Assembly (NCBI GenBank): GCA_963785845.1
Contig: CAWAWP010000003.1
Span: forward strand, 413,324-477,323
DNA length: 64,000 nucleotides
Direction of reading: 5' to 3'
Origin: an uncultured Chloroflexia bacterium
GTDB taxonomy: Bacteria; Chloroflexota; Ktedonobacteria; Ktedonobacterales; JADMIN01
Position 1 is the stretch's first letter; each line of letters starts with the position of its first letter. Below, one piece after another: positions 31,819 through 44,307 of this stretch. The notes under the pieces were generated by a model, which was not told the DNA's origin, searched no databases, and was given only the letters and a program-made list of their open reading frames with translations. The position numbers and the translations under genes were made by a program.

Positions 31819-32638
31819 TGCCGACCGTGGCGTGGCGGACTTGACACTAGTGCCCGTTGCATGTATGCTTGTTGCAATATTTACGTATGGAAGCGCGATG
31901 TATGTGATGGGAAAGTGGACGGCGTGGCGTGTTCGTGTACACTCGCGCCGCGAACAGGATAGCTTGTCTGCGATTATGTCGCCTAATTTCTGGCGACGTC
32001 GCCGGCGCAAGGAGAGCGAGAGATGTTACCACGAAATCCGCACCGCCGCGTAGCGCGCAGACCCTAAGCGTGGCGCGAATCGCCTATTGCTCAGCGTTCC
32101 GCGCAATTCGCGGTGTCGCTGGCGCATGGGTTGCTCACATTACGTCGCGAAACCCGCGGCGAGGCGCGCGACTTTCATGCCGCGACATGCGACAACACGT
32201 GTTGAGATGCGGGCGGAGCGCTTCGCGGCGATTTCATAGTGCTACCGCGGGGAAAGCGCCGGTACTTCTTGCGGGAATCTTCGTTGTAATTGGTGACACG
32301 GAGCGCGAACCGCTTGCTCGCCAAGGAACCACACGCCGCGAATCCGTCTTCGCGGTGACACGGAAGGTGGCGCGAGATGGGGACACGCGCCGTCGATCTG
32401 AGACTACGCATCGGTCTTATTTGCGGGATTGCACACGGCGAACGACCAGGCACGAAGACAGGATGCACGGCTGTAGTCGCCAACCTGTCCCTCCCTCCCT
32501 CACTAGAGGAGCGTGCGATGGGGGAGTCGTCGCAGAAAAGCCGGCGAATCGCGCTTCTGGATGGAGTCAGCGGTACGCGGAGCTTCAGGCAGGGAGGCGC
32601 GGCACGTTGCCACGCATCTCAGTGAGGAGGGGGTAGCT

Positions 32639-33022
32639 ATGCTCGTGCTACGGAGGAAGGCCGGCGAGGCCATCGTCTTAAACGGCGTCATTACCATTCA
32701 CGTGCTGGCGGTTGAGGGCGAACGGGTGAAACTGGGCATCAGCGCGCCACCAGAGGTCGTCATCGTGCGCTCGGAACTGCTCGAAGGCCAGGGCATCCTG
32801 CCCGCGACGCCGCCGCCGGCGATGCCACCGTCAGGGCCGCGCGAGCCGAACCGCCCACCACGCGAACCGGACGGCGAACCCGGCAATGGTTTCGAGGAGG
32901 GTTCCGGGCAGCACCGCGACCCGAACGCATCGAACGGCTCGGCACGTTTCAAGCCGCGCAACAGCACGACGGACGGCAACCCACTGCCTTTTCGCCCTAA
33001 CTCTATCCGCTACGGGCCATAG
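32639..33022 (+). CDS. csrA: carbon storage regulator CsrA with ~70-aa low-complexity C-terminal extension
   Basis: MLVLRRKAGEAIVLNGVITIHVLAVEGERVKLGISAPPEVVIVRSEL aligns by eye along its whole length with CsrA (MLVL.RK..E.I......I.V.AVEG..VKLGI.AP). GAGGAGGGGG RBS. The extension is defined only by the first stop codon. Confidence 0.8.
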   Translation: MLVLRRKAGEAIVLNGVITIHVLAVEGERVKLGISAPPEVVIVRSELLEGQGILPATPPPAMPPSGPREPNRPPREPDGEPGNGFEEGSGQHRDPNASNGSARFKPRNSTTDGNPLPFRPNSIRYGP

Positions 33023-33396
33023 TCGGACCGCATCCGCTTGGGGCGGACCTAACCGCCGGCTGCTTCCCACCTAACCCCAGCAAGCTCCTAGAGGGGGACG
33101 AGCCCCCATGGGGGTCCCGCCGCCGCCTTCCCTGCGCGGGAAGGAGAGCCGGACGGGAGGGGGAGCCGAAAGCGCCAGGGTGGCAACCGTAAGGACCCAA
33201 ACGCAAGCGGTGTCAGACGGCCGCTGCCCGCGCGGTTTACAGGCATCACCCTTCGCATCTTGGCGAGACGTGCCTCGCTGTCGCGCGAGCGCCATTGCGG
33301 CTTGCTTACCCCCGGTACATTGCTGAGTACTACTGATGGCTGATAGCGCGTATTTGTAGTGCGCACTTGCGCGCCCTCTGCGAAAGGCCGAGCGCG

Positions 33397-34044
33397 ATGC
33401 GGGACGAGCGCCAGATGGTGACGGCTCAGACGCTGGGCGACGCCTGGCTGCGAGTGGCCGCGCGCATCCTCGACGACGGCGGGGCTTCGCACTACGATGG
33501 GCTGCCGATTGTCGAGCTTGCGCACGTAACCCTCGACATCGCCGCGCCCGATCCGCGCGACGCGATCATCGCCGAACATGGTAATCCCGAGCGCCTGGCA
33601 TGGATGCATGCCAATTTCACCGACCATGCGCGCGTCGCTGAGTTGGGGCAGGCCGAGAGCTACGCCACGCGGCTCTACGACTACGAGCGCAGTGGTCGCG
33701 ATCAGATCGCCTGGGTGATCGAGCGGCTGCAGAGCGATCCGGCCTCGCGTTCGGCGACGATCACTACATTTCAGCCGTTGACCGACACCAGCTATATTCC
33801 CTGCGTGAGCCTGCTCGACTTCTGGATGCCGAACGGCGCGCTGGAGCTCGTCGTGTATGCGCACAGCATCGACTTCGGGACCAAGGGATACGGCAATCTC
33901 GTCGAGTTGGCGGAGATTCAGACGCGGGTCGCCGCAGCGCTCGACGTACCCCTCGGGCGGCTGACGCTGATCGTCAAGTCCGCACACATCTACGCGCCAG
34001 AAGTCGAGGCGATGACCGCGTTGGTGGCCGCCTTGCACGAGTAG
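33397..34044 (+). CDS. thymidylate synthase family protein (short, archaeal-like form)
   Basis: About 215 aa. Motifs GDAWLRVAARILDDG, ATITTFQP, YIPCVSLLDFW (Cys in the ThyA catalytic context), SIDFGTKGYGNL and KSAHIY. The start (33397 or 33415) is uncertain. Confidence 0.65.
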   Translation: MRDERQMVTAQTLGDAWLRVAARILDDGGASHYDGLPIVELAHVTLDIAAPDPRDAIIAEHGNPERLAWMHANFTDHARVAELGQAESYATRLYDYERSGRDQIAWVIERLQSDPASRSATITTFQPLTDTSYIPCVSLLDFWMPNGALELVVYAHSIDFGTKGYGNLVELAEIQTRVAAALDVPLGRLTLIVKSAHIYAPEVEAMTALVAALHE

Positions 34045-34160
34045 CGCGCGTGGTCCGAGCGCTAGGGCGACCGCACGGGGCCCCGCGGGTGGCGGTGTCG
34101 CTCGGCGGCAAGCGGCCTCGCTCGGCGCACCAAAGGCGCAACGTCTACGCGCTTTGGATT

Positions 34161-35822
34161 CTAGGATTCGTCGCCCTCGTCGTCGGCATCGTCTCCGTCA
34201 CCCGCGCGGCGCGCACGTTCCACATCGCCACGGTACATGTCTGAAAGCGCCTCGTGCAGCCGCTCGATCCCCGACCCCCGGAGGACGTATACTGGCAGCC
34301 CCGCGGCTCGCGCGGCGTCGATGCGCTCTGGTTGCGTGCGATACAGGCTCTTTAGGGCGAGCACGGCGTCGGCCTCGCGCACGTCGCGGCTGATGATCAC
34401 CGGCAACCCTAGATCACGGATGGCCTGTTCGAGCCGCGTACGGTTGATGCCAATCGGGTAGACGCGGCGCATGCGAAAGAGCGACGCTGGCGGAGCCGCC
34501 TCGTTGTCGTCTGCATCCGCTGGGTTGCCCAGTGTGCCGCGGGCTAGCTCTGGGTCGAGCCAGCGCCCGCCCGGACCCTCGACCGGCTCGCGGGGGGTAT
34601 CGGCCTCCCACCATGCCGATGCGGGACGCGGCCCCATAAGCGCCGAGCCTCGCGTGCGGCGCGGCGGGAGCATTTCTTCGCGACTCACCGGGAGTTCGCG
34701 GCTGGGCAAGCCGACTCCATCGGCCCGCGCCGCGCGCGGCGCCCGCTCCACCCATCGGCGGATGGTGCCATTTGGTTGGCGCTCGCGCATCTCTCGTTGA
34801 GGCGCCTCGCCACGCAGCAGATCGTCCACGGCCTCGGCCACATCATGGTGGATGCCGACGAGATGGCGCTCCTCCTGCTCGACGAGGACATCGAAGGTGG
34901 GGGGCTGCTTGCGTTCGAGCACCGTCTTCTGCGTGCCCCGCCGCCGCGCCTCCTCGTCCCCCAACGTCACCGCCTGGATGCCTCCCACCAGGTCCGATAA
35001 CGTCGGGTTCGCCAGCAGGTTGTCCAGCGTCCGCCCATGCGCCGTCCCCACCAACTGCACCCCGCGCTCGGCGATCGTCCGCGCCGCCTGCGCCTCCAAC
35101 TCCGTGCCGATCTCGTCGATCACCACCACCTCGGGCATGTGGTTCTCCACCGCCTCGATCATCACCGCATGCTGCTCCGCCGGCCGCGCCACCTGCATGC
35201 GCCGCGCCCGCCCGATCCCCGGATGCGCCACGTCGCCGTCTCCGGCGATCTCGTTGCTGGTGTCCACCACCACCACGCGCTTGCCCAACTCGTCGGCCAG
35301 CACCCGCGCCGCCTCGCGCAGCAGCGTCGTCTTGCCCACGCCGGGCCGCCCCAGGATCAGGATGCTGCGCCCCTGCTCCACCACGTCGCGGATCAGCGCC
35401 ACCGTGCCGCGCACCGCGCGCCCCACCCGGCAGGTCAGCCCGACCACGGCGCCGCGCCGGTTGCGCAGCGCGCTGATGCGGTGCAGCGTCCCCCCAATCC
35501 CTGCCCGGTTGTCCTCGCCAAACGCCCCAATATGACTCACCGTGAACGCAAGGTCTTCTTCGGTGACGAGATCGTTGGTAAGGTCTACCGCTCCATCGGG
35601 GAAACGCGCCTCTGGCAAACGGCCGAGATCAAGCACGATTTCGAGGAGGTTGACGACCGGTCGCTGGTGCAGCGCTTCACGCACACGCGGCGGGAGTACG
35701 GCGAGCAGTGTGTCGAGGTCGTCGGTGATGACGATCTCTTCGGCGTCTCGCGGTGAGCCGGATGACGAGAGGCCAGCGGGGCCGCGTGGTGTGACACCGC
35801 CTGACGTTGGGGGTCGCGACAT
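34161..35822 (-). CDS. AAA ATPase with C-terminal R3H-like region (Ycf45 / SpoIIIAA-like)
   Basis: Walker A GRPGVGKTT and Walker B VVVIDEIG. Blocks TAHG, DNRAGIGGTLHRIS and VTLGDEEARRRGTQKTVLER are typical of the ycf45-like family. Start set at MSRPP. Confidence 0.8.
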   Translation of the reverse strand: MSRPPTSGGVTPRGPAGLSSSGSPRDAEEIVITDDLDTLLAVLPPRVREALHQRPVVNLLEIVLDLGRLPEARFPDGAVDLTNDLVTEEDLAFTVSHIGAFGEDNRAGIGGTLHRISALRNRRGAVVGLTCRVGRAVRGTVALIRDVVEQGRSILILGRPGVGKTTLLREAARVLADELGKRVVVVDTSNEIAGDGDVAHPGIGRARRMQVARPAEQHAVMIEAVENHMPEVVVIDEIGTELEAQAARTIAERGVQLVGTAHGRTLDNLLANPTLSDLVGGIQAVTLGDEEARRRGTQKTVLERKQPPTFDVLVEQEERHLVGIHHDVAEAVDDLLRGEAPQREMRERQPNGTIRRWVERAPRAARADGVGLPSRELPVSREEMLPPRRTRGSALMGPRPASAWWEADTPREPVEGPGGRWLDPELARGTLGNPADADDNEAAPPASLFRMRRVYPIGINRTRLEQAIRDLGLPVIISRDVREADAVLALKSLYRTQPERIDAARAAGLPVYVLRGSGIERLHEALSDMYRGDVERARRAGDGDDADDEGDES

Positions 35823-35951
35823 TCCTCTACCTTTTTGGCCCGCAAAGGGCTGCGCATGGCGTCGGTTGCAGACAACGGGTGAGATGTGGAACAGCAAGAG
35901 GGCGGGACGGGAAGCCGGTTAGGCTGTTCTCCCATCCCGCCCCATGCGGAA

Positions 35952-36008
35952 GGTTGCTGTTGCGGAATCTGAACGACTCGCATAAGAGAGAATTATCTCG
36001 ATTTTGCC
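35952..36008 (-). repeat. 3' flank of the 23S processing stem (inverted repeat partner of 39241..39291)
   Basis: The reverse complement ggcaaaatcgagataattctctcttatgcgagtcgttcag... is about 85% identical to the plus-strand sequence at 39241..39291. The two pre-rRNA flanks can therefore pair, as for an RNase III-type stem. Confidence 0.6.
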
Positions 36009-36064
36009 GGGCGAGCGAGCCCAGGATAGCCCGTATGCGGCGCGACATCTCGGCTGGCGAATGG

Positions 36065-39187
<3,123 letters not shown>

Positions 39188-39240
39188 CGCCAGCAGAGAT
39201 GCGTACCACCTACGATGCGATCTTGGAACTCGCTCGCTTC

Positions 39241-39291
39241 GGCAAAATCGAAATAATTCTCTCTATATGCGATTGTTCAGGTGCAACAGCC
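39241..39291 (-). repeat. 5' flank of the 23S processing stem in the 16S-23S spacer
   Basis: See 35952..36008. The ~290-nt spacer (39188..39480) contains no tRNA-like T-arm or acceptor pattern. Confidence 0.6.
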
Positions 39292-39479
39292 CAGTCTTTA
39301 CAACTGGAGAGTGAGAAACAGCAAACATAAGCAGCAGTTTCGAGCGCAACAGCCTTCAAAGCGGGACCTTGCGATGTGTCAAAGGCGATGTCGCTGTACA
39401 CGACATCGATCGACCTGGGAGCTGATCGGTGTCGGGCCGGACTCGACGAGCGAGCCGGAGACGAACCGATGTGTATCCC

Positions 39480-40990
<1,511 letters not shown>

Positions 40991-41274
40991 TTTGTTACTT
41001 ACGAGAGTTGCCCGCACTTGCGTGCGCGACACCTCTTGCGTTTACGCCCTGTGTTTACGAGTCGTTACGACTCAAATGAACCGCAAAGGTTGAACTCAAA
41101 AGACGCTCGCCTTACGACGAGACGCCTCAACGTGAGCCCGCTTCGACGCTTGCTGCGTCGATCCCGATGCTTGCGCTGCTGCTTCTCACTCTTCAGATGT
41201 CAAGGTGCTGAGCCTCGCAAGGAGCCGTTTTCGGCTGCACTTGCATTTGCGCCCCGTTTTGAGGCGACCTCCTG

Positions 41275-41303
41275 AGCTTACCACGACTTGGTAGTCGTGT
41301 CAA
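41275..41303 (-). promoter_or_regulatory. candidate rRNA operon promoter TTGACA-17-TAAGCT with AT-rich upstream patch
   Basis: The minus strand reads agaattgaaaattggcactagtacctgTTGACAcgactaccaagtcgtggTAAGCT, about 290 nt upstream of the 16S 5' end. Confidence 0.45.
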
Positions 41304-41642
41304 CAGGTACTAGTGCCAATTTTCAATTCTCGCGGCTTCGCCCCATGCGCGCGGCGCCTCGTGGCACACGTAGCTCATTCTGGGACATGTCGTGAGAGCG
41401 AAAGGGAGGTGGCTCGCCCGTTTGAGAGGCGACGCTGCACCCTCGCAGCACCTGTTGCGCTTCGGTACATCCCTAGAGACGCAGTATGTTCGTGCGGCGT
41501 CACAGGACTTTTCTCGAGTCGCCCAATTGGTCATCGTCAGACCATTTGCGGAGGCGGAGGAGAGTATGCCACAGCGCGGGTGCTGGCGTCAAGGGCAATC
41601 GCGCGCGACTTTGCAAAGTCGGTCCGACGCGCGGCAAGTCGA

Positions 41643-42587
41643 TTACACGCCGTCGTGCGCCGGTGTTTTACGGTACGTCGGCTTGCCGAGATGACCGTCG
41701 CGTTCGCGTTGCGCGAGCAGGTGGACTCGGTCGTAAACCTGGTCACAGAAGCGGGCGACGCGCTCGAAGACGAGCTGCCGTTCGACGTCTTTGGTGACGG
41801 CGTGATAGGAGTGTTCGAGCACGAGCAGGGCCTTCTCTTCTGTGCCGATGCGCTCGAAGGTTTCGAGTCCGTCACGCAGGGGGACGACGTGATCGCGGCG
41901 CGCACACACGACGAGCGTGGGGCAGGCCACTTGTGGCAACGCTTCGTGGAGGTTGGGCAAGGCCGCGAGCAGGCTCACTACGGTGGAGGTTGCCGTCCAG
42001 GTGTAGGCATTGCGCACATAGCGTTGGCGTGCGCCATGGCGGTCGCGGACGTCTTCGGGTCCGGCTGGTACGTAGGGGACGAAGCGTTTGACCGCGCGCA
42101 GGAGGTGCAACACGTTGGTGGAGAGGCGCAGCGGCGGGCAGAGCGCGGCAACCCCGGCGACGTTCGGCTCCGCGGCGGCAACCGCCAGGCCGACAGAGGC
42201 GCCCATGGAGTGGCCGATCAGCACCACACGTTCGCCGCGGTCAATCGCGCGCTGGGCTTCGTCGCGGACGTGGTTGAACCAATCGTCCCAGCCGTGTTCG
42301 GCGAAGTCGCGCGCGGAGGTGCCGTGGCCGGGCAGCAAGAGGGTCTTGGCCGAGTAGCCGAGTCCATGAAGGTGCTGTTCAAGCTCCCACATATCTACCG
42401 GCTCGCCGTTGAAGCCGTGTACGAGGAGGCAGCGCACGTTGCTCCGGCTGATCTCACGGGAAGCAGGTGCGCGGTCGAGGCGATGGGCGGGTTTGGCCGA
42501 GCGCACCTGCGGATTGGCAGACTCTACGCGCTCGGCGCCTTCGCCCTCCGACGTCTGGCGCGCCGACGGCTCCGCTGTGTAGGTCAT
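41643..42587 (-). CDS. alpha/beta hydrolase (esterase/lipase-like)
   Basis: HGFNGEP, LPGHG and the nucleophile elbow GHSMGASVG. The C-terminal H lies in the LEHSYH context. Confidence 0.85.
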   Translation of the reverse strand: MTYTAEPSARQTSEGEGAERVESANPQVRSAKPAHRLDRAPASREISRSNVRCLLVHGFNGEPVDMWELEQHLHGLGYSAKTLLLPGHGTSARDFAEHGWDDWFNHVRDEAQRAIDRGERVVLIGHSMGASVGLAVAAAEPNVAGVAALCPPLRLSTNVLHLLRAVKRFVPYVPAGPEDVRDRHGARQRYVRNAYTWTATSTVVSLLAALPNLHEALPQVACPTLVVCARRDHVVPLRDGLETFERIGTEEKALLVLEHSYHAVTKDVERQLVFERVARFCDQVYDRVHLLAQRERDGHLGKPTYRKTPAHDGV

Positions 42588-42621
42588 GTGCGCAATCCAT
42601 TCCTTGTCATGCTGGAGGCGC

Positions 42622-44307
42622 TCAGGCGCTCCGCTTGAAGTTCAGTGTACCCTGCCCACGCAACCGCGGCAGGGGCCTTCCGCGCCGCCACCAGCGCAGA
42701 CCAAGGTACCCCAGGGCTGGCCCGAAGGCGACGAACGCGCGCAGGCCGTAGACGCCGGCGGCGTAGAGCGGCAGGAAGGCGTAGAGCGTTGCCGCGCCCC
42801 CGGCGAGCAGCAGCGTGGCGATGGTCAGTTCGCCCGCGGGCAGGAGTGCCACGAGGGCTACGCCCCAGGTGGCATACCAGGGCCAGAACCATACGCTCGC
42901 CGCGGTCACATAGGCGAAGAGCGCCCACGCCCACGCCCGGAGCATGCCTTCGAGGCTGGTGGCCCGGGGGAATTGGCTCAGCCAGACGGCGAGGAATATG
43001 AGGATACCGGCAAGTTTCAGGCCGGTTTGCACGAGCGATGCTGCCGCGCCGGAGCTGACGCCAAAGGCGCCGAGGAGCGCACGCAGGGGCCATTGGGCCA
43101 CTTCGAGCAGGGAGTTGTCGAGCTGTTGCGCCGGCGGCGAGGCGGCGATGGCCCCCAACGTCCGCGGGCCGTCCCAGTAGGGCAGGGCGGTCAGCACGAC
43201 GACGGCGAGGACGAGCGCGAGCCGCCAGGAAAGCGCGGCGAGGATGCGTTGGGTCGTCTCGCCCTGGCGGCGCAGCTGATGGACGATCAGCGCGAGATAG
43301 AAGGGTAGCAGGGCCAAGAGTACGTATTTGGTGGCGATGGACAAACCGAAGGCCAGCAGCGCTGGGATCTCGTGGCCGCGAACCAGCCAGTAGATGCCCA
43401 GCAGGGCGAAGGTCAAGAGCACGGCGTCGTTGTGGGCGCTGGCACAGAATTCGAGCAGACAGAGCGGGTTCCAGGCGTAGAGCAGGGTACCCCAGAGCCG
43501 GCGGCGCGGCGCGAGGCGACCGAGGATGCCCCAGATCAGCGCGGAGTTGGCGAGATGCGCGGCCAGCCCTAGCAGCTTGAAGAGGGCGACATAGGTTGCC
43601 AGCGCGCCGCCGAGCGCCTGCGCGAGCAATGTCAGCCCGCTGGAGAGCAGCAGCCACGCGGGACCGTAGACGGAGCGTGTGTTGCGCCAGAAGACCAGCG
43701 AGAGGAAGGGATCGCGCGGGAAGTCGGAGGGGGTGGCGATCAGCGGGTTGGCATGGTGGAGCACGGCGATGCGGCCGTAGAGGATGTAGCTGAAGACGTC
43801 GCCGGAGGGTAGCGTGGGCAGCAGCGCGCAGGTGAGGCCCAACAGCGCGGCACCGCCCAGCACACAGGCGTAGGCTGTGCCCTCGGCGACGCGCACGCGG
43901 CGACTGCGCGCGAGAGCGACGGCGGCAGCGCAACTGGCGGCGACGAGCAGCGCGGCAAAGAGCGCCAAAGCGGGCCAGCCACGCTCGGCGGAGATGTTGG
44001 CCCCCACCTGGGCGTCGCCGAAGAGCAGACGTGCTGGCGCGAGCAGCCACGGCCAGACGCGCGCCAACGGCGAGAGCGCCTGCGTGACGCCACCGAGCGG
44101 GGCTACCGCGACAAGCGCCAGGAAACAGAGCTCCACGATCGCCAGCGGGGCGAGCAGTGGAGTGAGCGGAGCGATGGCACGGGGCAGATGGTTGGCAAGG
44201 GGTGAGGGGAGCACGCGACGTGACGAAGGGGGGAGACGCGCCGCCCGCGGAGCCTTCGTGGGCGTCTGCCGGGGGTGCGGGCGTCGCCTGCGCGCCATTG
44301 CCGTCAC
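42622..44307 (-). CDS. polytopic GT-C-like membrane glycosyltransferase (DUF2029-like)
   Basis: More than 10 TM helices. The loop YILYGRIAVLHHANPLIATPSDFPRDPF..SVYGPAW resembles the mannosyltransferase/DUF2029 family. ATGA overlap with the upstream gene. Preferred over the Arg-rich alternative frame 42584..44371. Confidence 0.55.
   Translation of the reverse strand: MTAMARRRRPHPRQTPTKAPRAARLPPSSRRVLPSPLANHLPRAIAPLTPLLAPLAIVELCFLALVAVAPLGGVTQALSPLARVWPWLLAPARLLFGDAQVGANISAERGWPALALFAALLVAASCAAAVALARSRRVRVAEGTAYACVLGGAALLGLTCALLPTLPSGDVFSYILYGRIAVLHHANPLIATPSDFPRDPFLSLVFWRNTRSVYGPAWLLLSSGLTLLAQALGGALATYVALFKLLGLAAHLANSALIWGILGRLAPRRRLWGTLLYAWNPLCLLEFCASAHNDAVLLTFALLGIYWLVRGHEIPALLAFGLSIATKYVLLALLPFYLALIVHQLRRQGETTQRILAALSWRLALVLAVVVLTALPYWDGPRTLGAIAASPPAQQLDNSLLEVAQWPLRALLGAFGVSSGAAASLVQTGLKLAGILIFLAVWLSQFPRATSLEGMLRAWAWALFAYVTAASVWFWPWYATWGVALVALLPAGELTIATLLLAGGAATLYAFLPLYAAGVYGLRAFVAFGPALGYLGLRWWRRGRPLPRLRGQGTLNFKRSA

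Noticed and set aside
31929-32636. 235-aa plus-strand ORF filling the csrA leader
   Set aside because: About a quarter of its residues are Arg and it has no motifs. Its composition is unlike the genuine genes in this window.
31850-32638. CsrB/CsrC-like sponge RNA (GGA-motif enrichment) upstream of csrA
   Set aside because: I counted about 13 GGA triplets in ~790 nt. That is about what base composition predicts, and they are not placed in hairpin loops.
33025-33335. Firm call of SRP (4.5S/scRNA) RNA
   Set aside because: The Alu-like and AGCAGCC motifs are suggestive. However, the universally conserved helix-8 distal stem and GNRA tetraloop are not present as I read the sequence, so this is kept only as a hypothesis in the findings.
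33088-34038. 316-aa minus-strand ORF
   Set aside because: It is antisense to the thymidylate-synthase-like gene and runs through the hairpin-dense intergenic block.
34050-34244. 64-aa plus-strand ORF after the thyA-like gene
   Set aside because: It overlaps the 3' end of the convergent R3H ATPase gene and has no supporting signals.
35823-36064. Possible 5S rRNA downstream of the 23S
   Set aside because: The reverse complement lacks 5S hallmarks (no CCGAAC helix III/loop C, no loop E GAGAGUAGG context). Most of the interval is the 3' arm of the 23S processing stem plus an AT-rich segment.
41313-42638. 441-aa plus-strand ORF
   Set aside because: It is antisense to the alpha/beta hydrolase gene, which carries a clear GHSMG nucleophile elbow. 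Its 5' part would also run into the rRNA promoter region.
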